The notes beneath the pieces were generated by a model that saw only the letters and a program-made list of their open reading frames with translations, was not told the origin of the DNA and ran no database searches. This document shows positions 1-12,015 of a stretch of DNA of 54,427 nucleotides, piece after piece. Made by a program: the position numbers and the translations under genes. The first letter of the stretch is position 1. Every line of letters starts with the position of its first letter. The DNA lies in assembly GCA_040507665.1 (NCBI GenBank), contig JBEVOI010000249.1, positions 1-54,427 of the forward strand, given 5' to 3'. The stretch comes from Burkholderiales bacterium (GTDB lineage Bacteria > Pseudomonadota > Gammaproteobacteria > Burkholderiales > JAEUMW01).

Positions 1-60
1 AGAACTGCCGGAAGGAACTCCCGACTGCTACTCCCCGCCGGGGCGCCCCCTAAAACGAGA

Positions 61-69
61 TGTGATAAT
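61..69 (+). promoter_or_regulatory. candidate extended -10 promoter for rnpB
   Basis: TGtGATAAT at 61-69 lies 7-8 nt upstream of the inferred RNase P RNA 5' end (~77). No convincing -35. Confidence 0.35.
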
Positions 70-76
70 CTGAAAC

Positions 77-460
<384 letters not shown>

Positions 461-484
461 CTTCTTTGCTGTCGTAGTCTCTAT

Positions 485-520
485 CGGAAGCCCGTCCAGG
501 GCTTCCGTTCTCTTTTCGTT
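485..520 (+). terminator. rho-independent terminator after rnpB
   Basis: Perfect 9-bp stem CGGAAGCCC (485-493) / GGGCTTCCG (499-507), 5-nt loop, then T-rich TTCTCTTTTCGTT. Confidence 0.6.
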
Positions 521-678
521 CTCCAGTGGGAATTGCGCCCACATCGGATATATCTCAAGTTCAGTCTCTACCTTTTGCGCTAACCCCATCTTTCCGCATA
601 AGAAGTATCTGAGTCTCATCAATGCATCGGTTGGCAGTTAAGTCCTTGTCAGAAAAAAGAAAAAACTTCTCTTCACCC

Positions 679-707
679 TTGACCTGGAACACGCCTTGCT
701 CTAAAGT
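679..707 (+). promoter_or_regulatory. candidate sigma-70 promoter of the dcw operon (Pmra-like)
   Basis: -35 TTGACC (679-684), 17-nt spacer, -10 TAAAGT (702-707), about 60 nt upstream of mraZ. Confidence 0.5.
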
Positions 708-730
708 GGGAAAAAGTGTTTTTTAGTGGG
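702..730 (+). promoter_or_regulatory. MraZ operator-like direct repeats
   Basis: AAAGTGGG / AAAGTGTT / TTAGTGGG, with the GTG(G/T) cores starting at 706, 716 and 726. The period is exactly 10 nt and the array overlaps the -10. This matches the known GTGGG/AAAGTG direct-repeat MraZ binding pattern. Confidence 0.6.
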
Positions 731-768
731 AAATTGGCCCAGATTCGGGCAAGAAAAGGGAGGGATGA

Positions 769-1215
769 GTGTTTCAGGGTGCCAACGCGCTCAATATGGA
801 CGCCAAGGGACGGATCGCCGTCCCGACTCGCCATCGGGAAACACTCACTCAGGAGGCGGCCGGTAAGTTAGTGCTCACGGCACACCCTGATGGCTGTCTC
901 CTGCTCTATCCGGGCCCATCGTGGGAGCCGATTCGAACCAAGGTCATGGGCTTCCCCAGCTTCAATACCCAGGCGAGCCGGTGGAAGCGCGTTCTCGTGG
1001 GTTTCGCCGAGGACGTGGAGCTCGATGGCGCGGGGCGCGTGCTGGTGTCGCCAGAGCTTCGTAACTTCGCCCACCTGGATAAGCGCGTGATGATGGTCGG
1101 GCAAGGCACCCACTTTGAGCTCTGGGCTGCGGAGGCTTGGGAGCAGCAGCTCGCAGAGCTCGCGGCTCAGCCCGGGCAGGCGCTGCCGCCGGGGATGGAG
1201 GACTTTGCCCTGTGA
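769..1215 (+). CDS. mraZ: transcriptional regulator MraZ
   Basis: 148 aa, GTG start. N-terminus MFQGANALNMDAKGRIAVP and duplicated SpoVT/AbrB-like halves. First gene of the dcw cluster. Confidence 0.95.
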   Translation: MFQGANALNMDAKGRIAVPTRHRETLTQEAAGKLVLTAHPDGCLLLYPGPSWEPIRTKVMGFPSFNTQASRWKRVLVGFAEDVELDGAGRVLVSPELRNFAHLDKRVMMVGQGTHFELWAAEAWEQQLAELAAQPGQALPPGMEDFAL

Positions 1216-1271
1216 CCACCGATCGGATGGCGCCTCGCCCGAGAGTGCGCGGAGGCCGGCAACGGTGATTC

Positions 1272-2204
1272 ATGGCCGCGGGAGACCACGTGCCAGTGCT
1301 ACGGGAAGAGGCTGTGGACGCCCTGCACGTGCGGCCGGGCGGATGCTACGCGGACTGCACCTTCGGGCGTGGGGGGCACAGCCGCGCCATCCTCGCGCGG
1401 CTCGGACCTGCGGGTCGCCTCATCGCCTTGGACCGGGATCCGCAGGCGATCGAAGCGGGAGCCGCTCTCGAGGACGTCCGCCTGACGCTCATTCACAGCG
1501 CTTTTTCGCAGCTTGTCGAAGTGCTTGCGGAGCGCGGCGTGATCGCGCTCGACGGGCTGCTGCTGGACTTGGGTGTCTCGTCGCCTCAGCTCGATGCACC
1601 CGAGCGCGGCTTCAGCTTTCGTACGGATGGCCCGCTCGACATGCGTATGGACCCCACGCGCGGTCGCAGTGCCGCGCAGTTCCTAGCGGACGCCACGGAG
1701 CGTGAGATCGGCAAGGTGATCCGGGACTATGGCGAAGAACGGTTTGCTAAACAGATTGCAAGAGCGGTTGTTGCGGCTAGAGCGCGGGGACCTGTTCGTA
1801 CGACCCGCGAGCTGGCCCGAATCGTCGCAACGGCCGTCCGTACGCGTGAAGCGCACCAGGATCCGGCGACGCGTACGTTCCAGGCTCTTCGCATTCACGT
1901 CAATCAAGAGCTCGAGGAGCTCTCGCTAGCGCTGGCGCGCAGCGTGGATCTACTCAGGACCGGCGGCAGGCTCGTGGTGATCAGCTTTCACTCCCTCGAA
2001 GACCGAATCGTGAAGAACTTCATGCGCGAGCAGGCGCGACCTGGGAGTGTCCCCGACTGGCTGCCCGTGCGCGCTTCCGAGCTGCCGCAGCCACGCCTCG
2101 TCGCCATCGGCAAGCCGGTGCGGTCCTCCGCTCCAGAGGTGGAGGCCAACCCGCGCGCCCGTAGCGCCGTGATGCGAGTCGCCGAGAGGACGCACGCGCC
2201 GTGA
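1272..2204 (+). CDS. rsmH: 16S rRNA (cytosine1402-N4)-methyltransferase RsmH
   Basis: 310 aa. HVPVLxx[11 protein letters not shown] and [12 protein letters not shown] motifs. Located after mraZ. Confidence 0.96.
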   Translation: MAAGDHVPVLREEAVDALHVRPGGCYADCTFGRGGHSRAILARLGPAGRLIALDRDPQAIEAGAALEDVRLTLIHSAFSQLVEVLAERGVIALDGLLLDLGVSSPQLDAPERGFSFRTDGPLDMRMDPTRGRSAAQFLADATEREIGKVIRDYGEERFAKQIARAVVAARARGPVRTTRELARIVATAVRTREAHQDPATRTFQALRIHVNQELEELSLALARSVDLLRTGGRLVVISFHSLEDRIVKNFMREQARPGSVPDWLPVRASELPQPRLVAIGKPVRSSAPEVEANPRARSAVMRVAERTHAP

Positions 2205-2488
2205 GCCGCTTCAACATCCTGCTCGCGATCGTCGCCGTAATCTGCGCGCTCGGCGTCGTCACCGGCCAGCACCGCGAGCGCAAGCTGTTCGTTGAGTTGG
2301 AGCGTGAGCAGGAGCTTGGTCGCGGCCTCGAGATCGAGTGGGGGCAGCTTCAACTCGAACAGAGCACATGGGCCATGCACGCCCGCGTCGAGAAGCTCGC
2401 GGCCAATCGCCTGCAGATGCGCTCACCGCCGCCTGCCCGGGTCCAGGTCGTCCCGCTCGACACCAAAGTTGCCCGGGCCGCGCAATGA
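2201..2488 (+). CDS. ftsL: cell division protein FtsL
   Basis: 95 aa, one N-terminal TM helix followed by a coiled-coil. GTGA overlap with rsmH and ATGA overlap with ftsI. Canonical position. Confidence 0.88.
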   Translation: MSRFNILLAIVAVICALGVVTGQHRERKLFVELEREQELGRGLEIEWGQLQLEQSTWAMHARVEKLAANRLQMRSPPPARVQVVPLDTKVARAAQ

Positions 2489-4212
2489 ATCCCGCTGCCA
2501 ACCCCGCCCTGCGCCTGCAGCTGCCGGCTTGGCGCTCGCGGCTGATGCTGCTCCTCCTGCTTGCCGGATTTGCGGTGCTCATCGGGCGCGCGATCTATCT
2601 CCAGGGGCTGCACAACGACTTCCTGCGCGAGCGCGGCGAGGCGCGCTATGGTCGCGTCCTCGAGATCACGGCCCACCGCGGAATCATCATGGACCGCCAT
2701 GGAGAGCCACTCGCCGTGAGCACGCCGGTGGAGTCGGTGTGGGCGAGTCCCGATGACGTGCGCATCACGCCCGAACAGGAGCGGCAGCTCGCGAAGCTGC
2801 TGAACCTGAACGTCTCCGAGTTGCGCAAGCGCCTCGAGGACAAGAGCCGCGACTTCGTTTACCTGCGCCGACAGCTGCCACCCGACGATGCGGCGAAGGT
2901 GGTGGGCCTGCATCTGCCCGGCGTGTTCCTGCAGCGTGAATATCGCCGCTATTACCCCGCCGGCGAGGTCGCCTCCCATCTGGTCGGTTTTGCCAGCGTG
3001 GACGAGACCGGGCAGGAGGGCCTCGAGCTCGCACTCCAGAACTGGCTTGCGGGCAAGCCGGGCAGCAGGCGCGTGATCAAGGACCGGCTCGGCCACATCG
3101 TTGAGGACGTGGAGAGCATCCGCGCACCCCAGGAAGGCCGCGACCTGTACTTGTCCATCGACAGCAAGATTCAGTATCTCGCGTACCGTGAGCTCAAGAC
3201 TGCGGTGCTTGCGCACAAGGCCCGGGCCGGCGGCATCGTCGTGCTCGATGCCAAGACCGGCGAGGTGTTGGGTCTCGCGAACTATCCCAGCTATAACCCG
3301 AACAATCGCGACACACGCGACCCCGCGCGCTACCGCAACCGCGCCGTCACCGATCTGTTCGAGCCGGGCTCCACCCTCAAGCCGTTTACCGCCGCCGCGG
3401 CGCTTGCGGCTGGCCTCTATACCGCGAACACCGTCGTCCAGACCGCGCCCGGCAAGCTGCAGGTGAACGGCAAAACCATTCACGACGCGCACCCCCAGGG
3501 CGCGCTCACGGTAGCGCAGGTGATCCAGAAATCCTCCAACGTCGGGGCGGCGAAGATTGCGCTTTCGCTGCCGAAGGAGAAGCTCTGGGCGATGCTGTCC
3601 GGCGTCGGCTTCGGCATCCTGCCAGAAAGCGGACTCCCCGGTGAGGTCGCCGGGCGCCTGCGCCCCTACTCGAGCTGGCGGCCGATCGAGCAGGCGACGC
3701 TTTCGTACGGCCATGGCATCTCCGTGAGCCTGCTGCAGCTTGCCCGCGCCTATTCCGTCTTCACCGGCGACGGCGAGTTGATGCGGCTCACCATCGTCCG
3801 CGCCGATACACCCACCACGCCTGAGCGCGTGCTCAAGCCGGAGGCGGCGGTCGCGGTGCGGCGCATGCTGGAAATGGCGACCCAGACCGGCGGCACCGCG
3901 CCGAAGGCGCAGGTCACGGGCTATCGGGTCGCGGGCAAGACCGGTACTGCGCACAAGCTCGAGAACGGTGGTTACGCGTCGGACAAGTATGTGTCGTCGT
4001 TCGTGGGCTTCGCGCCCGCGTCCGATCCGCGCCTCATCGTCGCGGTGATGATCGACGAGCCGCGCAACGGCGAGTACTACGGGGGGCTGGTGGCGGCCCC
4101 GGTGTTCAGCGCTGTCATGGCCGGATCGCTCCGGTTGCTCGCGGTGCCACCGGACGCGCCGGAGGCGCTCGGCTCGCCCCTCGACGCCCCGCAGATCAAG
4201 GAAGAGGTATGA
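2485..4212 (+). CDS. ftsI: peptidoglycan D,D-transpeptidase FtsI (PBP3)
   Basis: Start chosen at ATG 2485 (MNPAANP..., TM helix LMLLLLLAGFAVLI). The track ORF extends upstream into ftsL. Has the STLKP, SSN and KTGTA penicillin-binding motifs. Confidence 0.95.
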   Translation: MNPAANPALRLQLPAWRSRLMLLLLLAGFAVLIGRAIYLQGLHNDFLRERGEARYGRVLEITAHRGIIMDRHGEPLAVSTPVESVWASPDDVRITPEQERQLAKLLNLNVSELRKRLEDKSRDFVYLRRQLPPDDAAKVVGLHLPGVFLQREYRRYYPAGEVASHLVGFASVDETGQEGLELALQNWLAGKPGSRRVIKDRLGHIVEDVESIRAPQEGRDLYLSIDSKIQYLAYRELKTAVLAHKARAGGIVVLDAKTGEVLGLANYPSYNPNNRDTRDPARYRNRAVTDLFEPGSTLKPFTAAAALAAGLYTANTVVQTAPGKLQVNGKTIHDAHPQGALTVAQVIQKSSNVGAAKIALSLPKEKLWAMLSGVGFGILPESGLPGEVAGRLRPYSSWRPIEQATLSYGHGISVSLLQLARAYSVFTGDGELMRLTIVRADTPTTPERVLKPEAAVAVRRMLEMATQTGGTAPKAQVTGYRVAGKTGTAHKLENGGYASDKYVSSFVGFAPASDPRLIVAVMIDEPRNGEYYGGLVAAPVFSAVMAGSLRLLAVPPDAPEALGSPLDAPQIKEEV

Positions 4213-5735
4213 GCGTGCGCGCTGCACGGATTGGACGCACGCTCGAACCGGCGGCGCTTGCTGCCCTCGGCGTGAACGTGACGCGCCTCGAATCCGACAG
4301 CCGCAAGGTGCGGCGCGGTGATACCTTCGTCGCCTATCCGGGCGGGACCCACGATGGTCGCGCGTTTATCCCACAGGCGATCGCTGCCGGGGCGGCTTCG
4401 GTGTTGTGGGAGGCAGACGGCTTCCGTTGGCATCGGGACTGGCACCTACCGAACGTTGCCGTTGTCCGCCTGAGGAAACGCGTCGGCGCGCTCGCCTCGG
4501 CGCTCGTCGGTTACCCCTCGCGCGCACTCTGGATGGTGGGTGTCACGGGCACCAACGGTAAGACGTCTTGCACGCACTGGATCGCCCAGTCGCTGACGCG
4601 GTGCAGGCGCCGGACCGGAATCATCGGCACGCTAGGCAATGGTTTTCCGGGGGCGCTCGACGAAGCGACGCACACCACGCCGGACGCGATCGCGCTGCAA
4701 TCGCTGCTCGCGGATTTCGTCGCACGTGGCGCGCAGGGCGTCGCGATGGAAGTATCGTCCCATGGTCTCGATCAGGGGCGCGTCAACGGCATCGAGTACG
4801 ACGTCGCGATGCTCACCAACCTGACGCGCGACCACCTCGACTACCACGGCACCATGCGCCGCTACAAGACGGCTAAGGCCAGGCTGTTTCGCTTTCCCTC
4901 GCTCAAGTACGCGGTACTCAACCTGGACGACGACTTCGGGGCGGAGCTCGCGGCGCGCCTCGCCGTCCGAAATGTCGGCGTGATCGGATACGGCTTCCGG
5001 CGCGGCATAGAAGTTCCCCCTGCGGTGGCACGCGTGCGCGGGACCAAGCTCACCGTCACTGAAAGTGGCATCGCCTTCGAGGTCACCGGTCCGTTCGGCA
5101 AGGCGCAGGTTGTCAGCCGCCAGCTTGGACGCTTCAACGCGGCCAATCTCCTCGGCTGTCTCGCTGCATTGCTCGCGTCCAACGTGCCAATGTCCGATGC
5201 GGTCGCCGCGCTTGGCAACGTGAATCCGATTCCGGGGCGGGTGGAGCGAATCGGTGGCGACGGCCAGCCGCTAGTGGTCGTGGACTATGCCCACACGCCG
5301 GATGCGCTCGAAAAGATTCTGGTGACGCTGCGCGAGCTGCTGCCGAAGCCACAGCGCGGGTCGGGCGCCCATGCTGCGCGCCTGTTCTGCGTGTTCGGGT
5401 GTGGAGGAAATCGCGATGCAGGGAAGCGGCCGCTCATGGGAGAGGTGGCGACGCGACTCGCGGATGAAGTAATCGTCACCAGCGACAACCCGCGCCGGGA
5501 AGACGCGCGTGGGATCATCGACCAGATCATCGCGGGCGCGCACGCGAACTACCGTGTGATCGAAGACCGCGCCGCCGCCATTGTGGAGGGGGTAGGCCGC
5601 GCGCGGGCCGGGGATATCGTGCTTGTCGCCGGCAAGGGCCACGAGCCCTACCAGGAGATCGGCGCGACGCGGCTGCCATTTAGCGACGTCGAGGTTGCCC
5701 TTGTGGCGCTCCGTGGCTTCGGGGGCCGTCCGTGA
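4209..5735 (+). CDS. murE: UDP-N-acetylmuramoyl-L-alanyl-D-glutamate--2,6-diaminopimelate ligase
   Basis: 508 aa. Mur ligase P-loop GVTGTNGKTS. DNPR motif (TSDNPRRED) typical of the DAP-adding MurE. Confidence 0.95.
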   Translation: MSVRAARIGRTLEPAALAALGVNVTRLESDSRKVRRGDTFVAYPGGTHDGRAFIPQAIAAGAASVLWEADGFRWHRDWHLPNVAVVRLRKRVGALASALVGYPSRALWMVGVTGTNGKTSCTHWIAQSLTRCRRRTGIIGTLGNGFPGALDEATHTTPDAIALQSLLADFVARGAQGVAMEVSSHGLDQGRVNGIEYDVAMLTNLTRDHLDYHGTMRRYKTAKARLFRFPSLKYAVLNLDDDFGAELAARLAVRNVGVIGYGFRRGIEVPPAVARVRGTKLTVTESGIAFEVTGPFGKAQVVSRQLGRFNAANLLGCLAALLASNVPMSDAVAALGNVNPIPGRVERIGGDGQPLVVVDYAHTPDALEKILVTLRELLPKPQRGSGAHAARLFCVFGCGGNRDAGKRPLMGEVATRLADEVIVTSDNPRREDARGIIDQIIAGAHANYRVIEDRAAAIVEGVGRARAGDIVLVAGKGHEPYQEIGATRLPFSDVEVALVALRGFGGRP

Positions 5736-7132
5736 CGGCGACGATGACCCTCGCGGAGGCCGCGCGCGCCATGCAGGCCGTGTATCCGGGACGGGACGGC
5801 GAGTTCGTGGCGGTCAGCACAGACTCGCGCACGGCGAAAAGCGCGGAGCTATTCTTCGCCATTCGCGGCGAGCGCTTCGACGGCGCGGACTTCGTGCCCG
5901 ACGCGCTGGCACGGGGGGTGGCTGCGGTGGTCGTCGCGCGCGCCTCGCTCGAACGTCTCGACCCCACGTCCCGTGATCGCCTCATGCTCGTCGACGACGC
6001 TCGGTTCGCGCTCGGCCGCCTCGGCGCCTACCGGCGCGGCCAGTATCGCAATCCGTTGTTCGCGCTCACCGGCAGCAACGGCAAGACGACGGTGAAGGAG
6101 ATGACTGCCGCCATCCTCGGGGCAGCGGCCGGCGGCGCGGAACGGGTGCTCGCAACCTCCGGCAACCTCAACAACGACATCGGCGTTCCGCTCACACTGA
6201 TGCGTCTCGCGCCCGACCATCGGTACGCCGTCGTCGAGATGGGGATGAACCACGCCGGCGAGATCCGGTACCTCTCGCATCTGGCAAGCCCCGATGCGGC
6301 ACTCGTGAACAACGCCGGCACCGCGCACCTGGAGAACCTCGGATCCCGCGAGGCGATTGCCCGCGCCAAGGGCGAGATCTTCGAAGGCTTGAAGGCGACC
6401 GGCACTGCCGTCGTCAATGCGGACGACGAATTCGCGCCGCTGTGGCGGGAACTCGCGGGGTCGCGCCGGCAGATCTCCTTCGGCATCGATCATCCCGCGG
6501 ACGTCCACGGCAAGAGGGTTCCGCACGCGGACCGCAACGTTCTCGAGTTCGACACCCCGACCGGAGGCGGCACCGTCGAGCTGTCCGTCCCCGGTGAGCA
6601 CAACGCGCGCAATGCGCTTGCGGCCGCCGCTGCCGCCGTCGCGCTCGGGACTGGCGTGGAATCGATCACCGCGGGCTTGTCGGACTATCGCGGCGTGAAG
6701 GGCCGGCTCCAGCGCAAGGATGCCGCACGCGGAGCGGCGCTGATCGATGACACATACAACGCCAATCCGGATTCGGTAAAGGCAGCGATCGCCGTGCTCG
6801 CTGCGGTACCGGGTACGCGCATCCTGGTCCTCGGCGACATGGGAGAACTGGGTCCGGCCGCGTCGAAGCTGCACGCCGAAGTCGGCGCGTGCGCGAAGGC
6901 GGCGGGCATCGACGCGCTGTATGGACTCGGGCCGCTCTCGGTGCAAGCGGTGAAGGCATTCGGCGCCGGCGCCCGCCACTGCGCAAGCCTCGAGGAGATC
7001 GTGAGATCGATCGAACCGGAACTCGGGCCACAGGTCTCCGTGCTGGTCAAGGGCTCTCGCTACATGCAGATGGAGCGGGTGGTGGCGGCGCTTGCCGCTG
7101 AGCCCGCGTCCGCTTCCGGGACGGGGGTCTAG
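5732..7132 (+). CDS. murF: UDP-N-acetylmuramoyl-tripeptide--D-alanyl-D-alanine ligase
   Basis: 466 aa, GTG start overlapping the murE stop. [14 protein letters not shown]-loop. Canonical position. Confidence 0.94.
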   Translation: MTATMTLAEAARAMQAVYPGRDGEFVAVSTDSRTAKSAELFFAIRGERFDGADFVPDALARGVAAVVVARASLERLDPTSRDRLMLVDDARFALGRLGAYRRGQYRNPLFALTGSNGKTTVKEMTAAILGAAAGGAERVLATSGNLNNDIGVPLTLMRLAPDHRYAVVEMGMNHAGEIRYLSHLASPDAALVNNAGTAHLENLGSREAIARAKGEIFEGLKATGTAVVNADDEFAPLWRELAGSRRQISFGIDHPADVHGKRVPHADRNVLEFDTPTGGGTVELSVPGEHNARNALAAAAAAVALGTGVESITAGLSDYRGVKGRLQRKDAARGAALIDDTYNANPDSVKAAIAVLAAVPGTRILVLGDMGELGPAASKLHAEVGACAKAAGIDALYGLGPLSVQAVKAFGAGARHCASLEEIVRSIEPELGPQVSVLVKGSRYMQMERVVAALAAEPASASGTGV

Positions 7133-7134
7133 CG

Positions 7135-8220
7135 ATGCTGCTGCTCATAGCCGAATGGGTCGGCCAGGACGTCAGGGCCTTCAATGTCTTCTCTTACATC
7201 ACGCTGCGCGCGGTGCTTGCGGCGCTGACCGCGCTCGGCATCTCCTTCGTTGTCGGGCCGAAGGTGATCCGCAAGCTCGCCGCCTACAAGATCGGCCAGT
7301 CGGTGCGCGACGATGGTCCCAAGACCCATCTCGCGAAGGCGGGAACGCCGACCATGGGCGGCGCGCTGATCCTCGTGGCAATCGCCATCACCACGCTGCT
7401 GTGGGGCGATCCCGCCAACCGCTTCATCTGGGTGGTGCTCGTGGTGACCCTCGGATTCGGCGCGGTGGGCTGGGTCGACGATTACCGCAAGGTCGTGCAT
7501 CGCAACCCCAAGGGACTGTCGGCCCGGGCGAAGTTCTTCTGGCAATCCGTGATCGGATTGAGCGCGGCGCTCTTCCTCGCCTTCAGCACCAAGCTGCCCG
7601 CGCAGACCGAGTTCATCGTGCCCTTCTTCAAGAATGTCGCGTATCCCCTCGGCGTGATCGGCTTCGTCGCGCTCACTTATTTCGTGATCGTCGGCACCAG
7701 CAATGCCGTCAACCTCACCGACGGCCTCGACGGACTTGCCATCATGCCGACGGTGATGGTCGCCGCCGGGCTCGGTGTTTTTGCCTATGTCACGGGCAAC
7801 GCGGTGTTCTCGAAGTACCTCGGTTTTCCTTACATCCCCGGTGCGGGCGAGCTCACGGTGGTGTGCGCGGCGATCGCTGGCGCCGGTCTCGGCTTTCTCT
7901 GGTTCAACGCCTATCCGGCGGAAGTGTTCATGGGCGACGTCGGCGCGCTCGCGCTCGGCGCGGCGTTGGGCGTCATGGCCGTGATCGTGCGGCAAGAGGT
8001 CGTGCTGCTCGTGATGGGCGGCGTGTTCGTCGTAGAGACGCTGTCGGTGATGCTGCAGGTCACGTCGTTCAAGCTCACCGGCAAACGCATCTTCCGAATG
8101 GCGCCACTGCACCACCACTACGAGCTGAAAGGCTGGAAGGAGAATCAGGTGGTGGTCCGCTTCTGGATCATCAGCATGATTCTCGTGTTGATCGGATTGT
8201 CGACCCTCAAGCTGCGCTGA
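7135..8220 (+). CDS. mraY: phospho-N-acetylmuramoyl-pentapeptide transferase
   Basis: 361 aa polytopic membrane protein. [13 protein letters not shown] and [11 protein letters not shown] motifs. Confidence 0.97.
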   Translation: MLLLIAEWVGQDVRAFNVFSYITLRAVLAALTALGISFVVGPKVIRKLAAYKIGQSVRDDGPKTHLAKAGTPTMGGALILVAIAITTLLWGDPANRFIWVVLVVTLGFGAVGWVDDYRKVVHRNPKGLSARAKFFWQSVIGLSAALFLAFSTKLPAQTEFIVPFFKNVAYPLGVIGFVALTYFVIVGTSNAVNLTDGLDGLAIMPTVMVAAGLGVFAYVTGNAVFSKYLGFPYIPGAGELTVVCAAIAGAGLGFLWFNAYPAEVFMGDVGALALGAALGVMAVIVRQEVVLLVMGGVFVVETLSVMLQVTSFKLTGKRIFRMAPLHHHYELKGWKENQVVVRFWIISMILVLIGLSTLKLR

Positions 8221-8268
8221 GGGCGACGGGACATAGCGCACAGAGAAGCATCGAGGGAGCGAATTCTC

Positions 8269-9696
8269 ATGGGCGCGGACGGGGAGGCACTGCGGTTTGG
8301 CTGGTCGGTCAGGACAGGACGAGTGGATCTGAAGGGCAAGAACGTGCTCGTGCTCGGGCTCGGCGATACCGGGCTCTCGATGGCGCGGTGGGGCGTGCGC
8401 CGAGGGGCCTTCGTGCGCGTTGCCGACACCCGCGCGACGCCGCCGCGGGTCGAGGACCTCGCGGGTTCGCTGCCGGGTGTGCGGCTCGATACCGGCGCAT
8501 TTCGCGCCGCGAGCTTCGATGCGGCTGATGTGATCGCCATCAGCCCCGGCATCCCGGTCCAGGAGCCGGAGGTGGCACGGGCGCGCGCCCGCGGTGTGCC
8601 CGTGTGGGGCGACGTTGAGTTCTTCGCCCAGGCGGTGCAGGAGAACGCGCGGCCCCACATCCTCGCCATCACCGGCACCAACGGAAAAACCACGGTCACT
8701 TCGATGACCGGGGCGCTCTGCCGCGCCGCGGAGATGGATGCCTGCGTCGCCGGCAACATCGCGCCGGCTGTGCTCGACGCACTGATGGAGCGCGAGGACG
8801 CGGGGCGGATGCCCGATGTCTGGGTGCTCGAACTCTCCAGCTTCCAGCTCGAGATCACGTACAGCCTGAACGCCACCGCGGCGACGGTGCTGAACCTGAC
8901 CCAGGACCACTTCGATCGTTACGACGGGATGGAGGGCTACGCCGCGGCCAAGGCGCGCATCTTCAACGGCACGGGCGTCCAGATCCTGAACCGCGACGAT
9001 GCATACAGCCGCAGCATGGGGAAACCGGGGCGTCGCTGCCTCAGCTTCGGGCTCGGGCCGCCCGAACTGAAGGGCGAGTGGGGCATCGCCGATCACGCCG
9101 GTCGCGCGTGGCTCGCGGAAAACGGCGATCGGCTGCTGCCGGTCGACGAGCTCCCGGTCGCCGGTCTGCAAAACGCCGCCAACGCGCTCGCGGCGCTCGC
9201 GCTCTGCCGCGCCATCGACCTTCCGTATTCGCCGCTGATCGGGGGTCTGCGCGCCTTCCGCGGCCTTCCCCACCGCGTGGAGCGCGTCGATGAGATCGAC
9301 GGTGTCGTCTTCTATGACGACTCGAAGGGCACCAACGTCGGCGCCACGATTGCAGCGCTCACCGGCCTCGGTCGTCCGTCCGTGCTGATCGCCGGCGGCG
9401 ACGGCAAGGGCCAGGATTTCTCGCCGCTGAAGCCGGCCGTGGCGGAGCACGCGCGCGCGGTCGTGGTGATTGGCCGCGACGGCCCCGCGATCGGTCGTGC
9501 CCTGGAAGGCTCCGCGCTACCCGTTCTCGTCGCCGCGACGCTTCCCGACGCAGTGCGTCTGGCCTTCGGCGTGGCGCAGTCCGGTGACGCGATATTGCTT
9601 TCGCCAGCCTGCGCGAGCTTCGACATGTTCCGCAACTACGAGCACCGGGCGGAGGTGTTCGTGGACGCGGTGCATGCGCTGAGGACGACGCCTTGA
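8269..9696 (+). CDS. murD: UDP-N-acetylmuramoylalanine--D-glutamate ligase
   Basis: 475 aa. LVLGLGDTG Rossmann N-terminus and [11 protein letters not shown]-loop. GAGGGAG SD lies 9 nt upstream of ATG 8269. An alternative GTG at 8323 is possible. Confidence 0.93.
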   Translation: MGADGEALRFGWSVRTGRVDLKGKNVLVLGLGDTGLSMARWGVRRGAFVRVADTRATPPRVEDLAGSLPGVRLDTGAFRAASFDAADVIAISPGIPVQEPEVARARARGVPVWGDVEFFAQAVQENARPHILAITGTNGKTTVTSMTGALCRAAEMDACVAGNIAPAVLDALMEREDAGRMPDVWVLELSSFQLEITYSLNATAATVLNLTQDHFDRYDGMEGYAAAKARIFNGTGVQILNRDDAYSRSMGKPGRRCLSFGLGPPELKGEWGIADHAGRAWLAENGDRLLPVDELPVAGLQNAANALAALALCRAIDLPYSPLIGGLRAFRGLPHRVERVDEIDGVVFYDDSKGTNVGATIAALTGLGRPSVLIAGGDGKGQDFSPLKPAVAEHARAVVVIGRDGPAIGRALEGSALPVLVAATLPDAVRLAFGVAQSGDAILLSPACASFDMFRNYEHRAEVFVDAVHALRTTP

Positions 9697-10868
9697 GCAC
9701 CGGTGTCTCCTCGATCAGCGGTTGGAAGCAGACCACACCGCTCGCGGAACATGATCCCGCGCTGCTGTGGGCTGCCTTTTCGCTCCTCGCGATCGGTCTC
9801 GTGATGGTGTATTCGGCGTCGATCGCGACTGCGGAGGCAAGCAAGTACACAGGCTACCAAGCGACCTATTTCCTCTATCGGCAAGCGTTGTTTCTCGGTG
9901 TGGGCATCACGGCCGGAGTGGTGGCGTATCACGTACCGCTCGCGACCTGGCAGCGCCTCGCGCCGTTTCTATTCCTGGTCGGCGCCGCGCTGTTGGTGCT
10001 GGTGCTGATCCCGGGTGCCGGCCGCGAGGTGAACGGCGCCCGGCGCTGGGTGCCTCTCGGCATCGTGAATGTGCAGCCGTCCGAGCTGATGAAACTCTTC
10101 GTTGTGCTCTACGCGGCGGATTACACCGTGCGCAAGGCCGCCCACATGGACAGCCTGCGCAGAGGCTTCGCCCCCATGTTCGTGGTCATGCTCGGCACCG
10201 GCTGTCTGCTCCTGCTGGAACCGGATTTTGGCGCGTTCGCCGTGATCACTGTCATCGCCATGGGAATCCTGTTCCTCGGCGGCATGAACTGGCGCTTGTT
10301 CGTGGGCCTGATCGGCATGCTCGCGGTGGGTTTCCTGGCCCTCATCATCACCTCGCCTTACCGCATGCAGCGCATCGTCGCCTTCATGGACCCGTGGGCG
10401 GACCCGTATGGGAAGGGCTACCAGCTCTCCCATGCGCTCATCGCCTTTGGCCGCGGCGAGTGGCTTGGAGTGGGCCTCGGCGGCAGCGTGGAGAAGCTCT
10501 TCTACCTGCCCGAGGCGCACACGGATTTCCTCCTTGCGGTGATCGGCGAGGAGCTGGGCTTCCTCGGCGTTGCCACGGTGATTGCGCTCTTCGCGCTCCT
10601 CGCGCTGCGGGCGTTCGCGATCGGCAGCCGCGCCGCCAGCGTCGAGCGCTATTTCTCCGCGCTCGTCGCCCAGGGCGTCGGGCTTTGGATCTCGGCGCAG
10701 GCCATCATCAACATGGGCGTGAACATGGGCCTGCTGCCGACCAAGGGGCTGACGCTGCCGCTGCTGTCGTTCGGGGGCAGTGGGCTGATGGCGAACTGCG
10801 TCGCGCTGGCGATCCTGTTGCGGGTGGACTACGAGGTGCGGCAGTTGATGGGAGGTCGGCGAAAGTGA
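9693..10868 (+). CDS. ftsW: SEDS peptidoglycan glycosyltransferase FtsW
   Basis: 391 aa, TTG start overlapping the murD stop (TTGA). About 10 TM helices. SEDS motifs PSELMK and LPEAHTDF. Confidence 0.94.
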   Translation: MSTGVSSISGWKQTTPLAEHDPALLWAAFSLLAIGLVMVYSASIATAEASKYTGYQATYFLYRQALFLGVGITAGVVAYHVPLATWQRLAPFLFLVGAALLVLVLIPGAGREVNGARRWVPLGIVNVQPSELMKLFVVLYAADYTVRKAAHMDSLRRGFAPMFVVMLGTGCLLLLEPDFGAFAVITVIAMGILFLGGMNWRLFVGLIGMLAVGFLALIITSPYRMQRIVAFMDPWADPYGKGYQLSHALIAFGRGEWLGVGLGGSVEKLFYLPEAHTDFLLAVIGEELGFLGVATVIALFALLALRAFAIGSRAASVERYFSALVAQGVGLWISAQAIINMGVNMGLLPTKGLTLPLLSFGGSGLMANCVALAILLRVDYEVRQLMGGRRK

Positions 10869-10947
10869 GTCGTGAGGTGAGAGGCGTAAGGACGAGAAAC
10901 GCCGACCTCGAACGCGGCGAAAGCGGGCTTCGCTGGAAGAGCAACCC

Positions 10948-12015
10948 GTGGCACGGACGATTCTGATCATGGCCGGTGGCACTGGCGGACACGTGTTCCC
11001 AGCCTTGGCCGTCGCCGACGAGATGCGGCGCCGCGGGTGGGGCGTGGTCTGGCTCGGGGCCGAGGGAGGCATGGAAACGACCCTTGTCCCGAAGCACAAT
11101 TTCGCGCTCGAGACCATCCGCTTCCGCGGCGTGCGCGGGAAGGGTGTGCTGCGCTGGGCGCTGCTACCGCTGGCTCTTCTCATCGCTTTCTGGCAAAGCG
11201 CGAAGGTGATCTTCAGGGTGCGGCCGGACGTCGTCCTCGGGATGGGGGGGTTCGCGGCGTTTCCCGGCGGCATGATGGCGTCGCTCTTCAATCGCCCGCT
11301 CGCGATCCACGAGCAGAACGCGATTCCCGGCCTCGCCAACAAAGTGCTCGCTCGGTTGGCGGACCGCGTGTACTCCGCGTTTCCTGATGCACTTTCGAAG
11401 TCGATCTGGAGCGGCAACCCGGTTCGTGCGGAGATCGCTGCGGTTTCGAAGCCCGGTGAGCGCTTCGCAGGTCGCAGCGGTCCGCTGCGTCTGCTCGTCG
11501 TCGGGGGGAGCCTCGGCGCGCAGGCGCTGAACGAGGTGGTGCCGAAGGCCCTCGCGCTGTTGCCCGAAGGCGACCGCGCACGCGTCATCCACCAAGCCGG
11601 CCAAAAGCACATCGAGACGCTCAAGCAGCACTATGCGCAAGCCGGCGTGAGCGGCGAGCTGGTGCCCTTCGTGGAGGACATGGCGGACCGCTACGCAGCG
11701 GCGGATCTCGTGATCTGCCGGGCAGGCGCGACTACGCTGGCGGAGCTCGCGTGCGCGGGCGTTGCGAGCGTGCTGGTGCCTTTCCCGTTTGCCACCGACG
11801 ATCACCAGACCGCGAACGCAAGGTTCCTGTCGGAGCGTGGTGCCGCCCTGCTCTTGCCGCAGTCCGAGCTCACGCCACAGCGGCTCGCGTCGCTGCTCGG
11901 CGGGCTCGACCGCGAGCAACTCCTGGATCTCGCGACGAATGCGCGCCAGCTCGCGAAGCCGAGCGCAGCGCAGGTGGTAGCGAATGGATGCGTCGAGCTG
12001 GCGCGGTCGCGATGA
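10948..12015 (+). CDS. murG: undecaprenyldiphospho-muramoylpentapeptide beta-N-acetylglucosaminyltransferase
   Basis: 355 aa, GTG start. [20 protein letters not shown]-terminus. Canonical position. Confidence 0.95.
   Translation: MARTILIMAGGTGGHVFPALAVADEMRRRGWGVVWLGAEGGMETTLVPKHNFALETIRFRGVRGKGVLRWALLPLALLIAFWQSAKVIFRVRPDVVLGMGGFAAFPGGMMASLFNRPLAIHEQNAIPGLANKVLARLADRVYSAFPDALSKSIWSGNPVRAEIAAVSKPGERFAGRSGPLRLLVVGGSLGAQALNEVVPKALALLPEGDRARVIHQAGQKHIETLKQHYAQAGVSGELVPFVEDMADRYAAADLVICRAGATTLAELACAGVASVLVPFPFATDDHQTANARFLSERGAALLLPQSELTPQRLASLLGGLDREQLLDLATNARQLAKPSAAQVVANGCVELARSR

Noticed and set aside
10869-10947. 79-nt ftsW-murG gap with two short hairpins (GGCGT...ACGCC, GCGAA...TTCGC)
   Set aside because: The stems are only 5 bp with no U-tract. 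They are not distinguishable from chance in GC-rich DNA.
7092-10966. Same-strand alternate-frame ORFs (7092-8528, 9767-10966, 1115-1705, 14579-15472, 26793-27470 and others)
   Set aside because: They overlap mraY/murD, ftsW, rsmH, ddl and the Nudix gene in a shifted frame. Their products are Arg/Gly/Pro-rich with no domain signatures. There is no evidence for overprinting.
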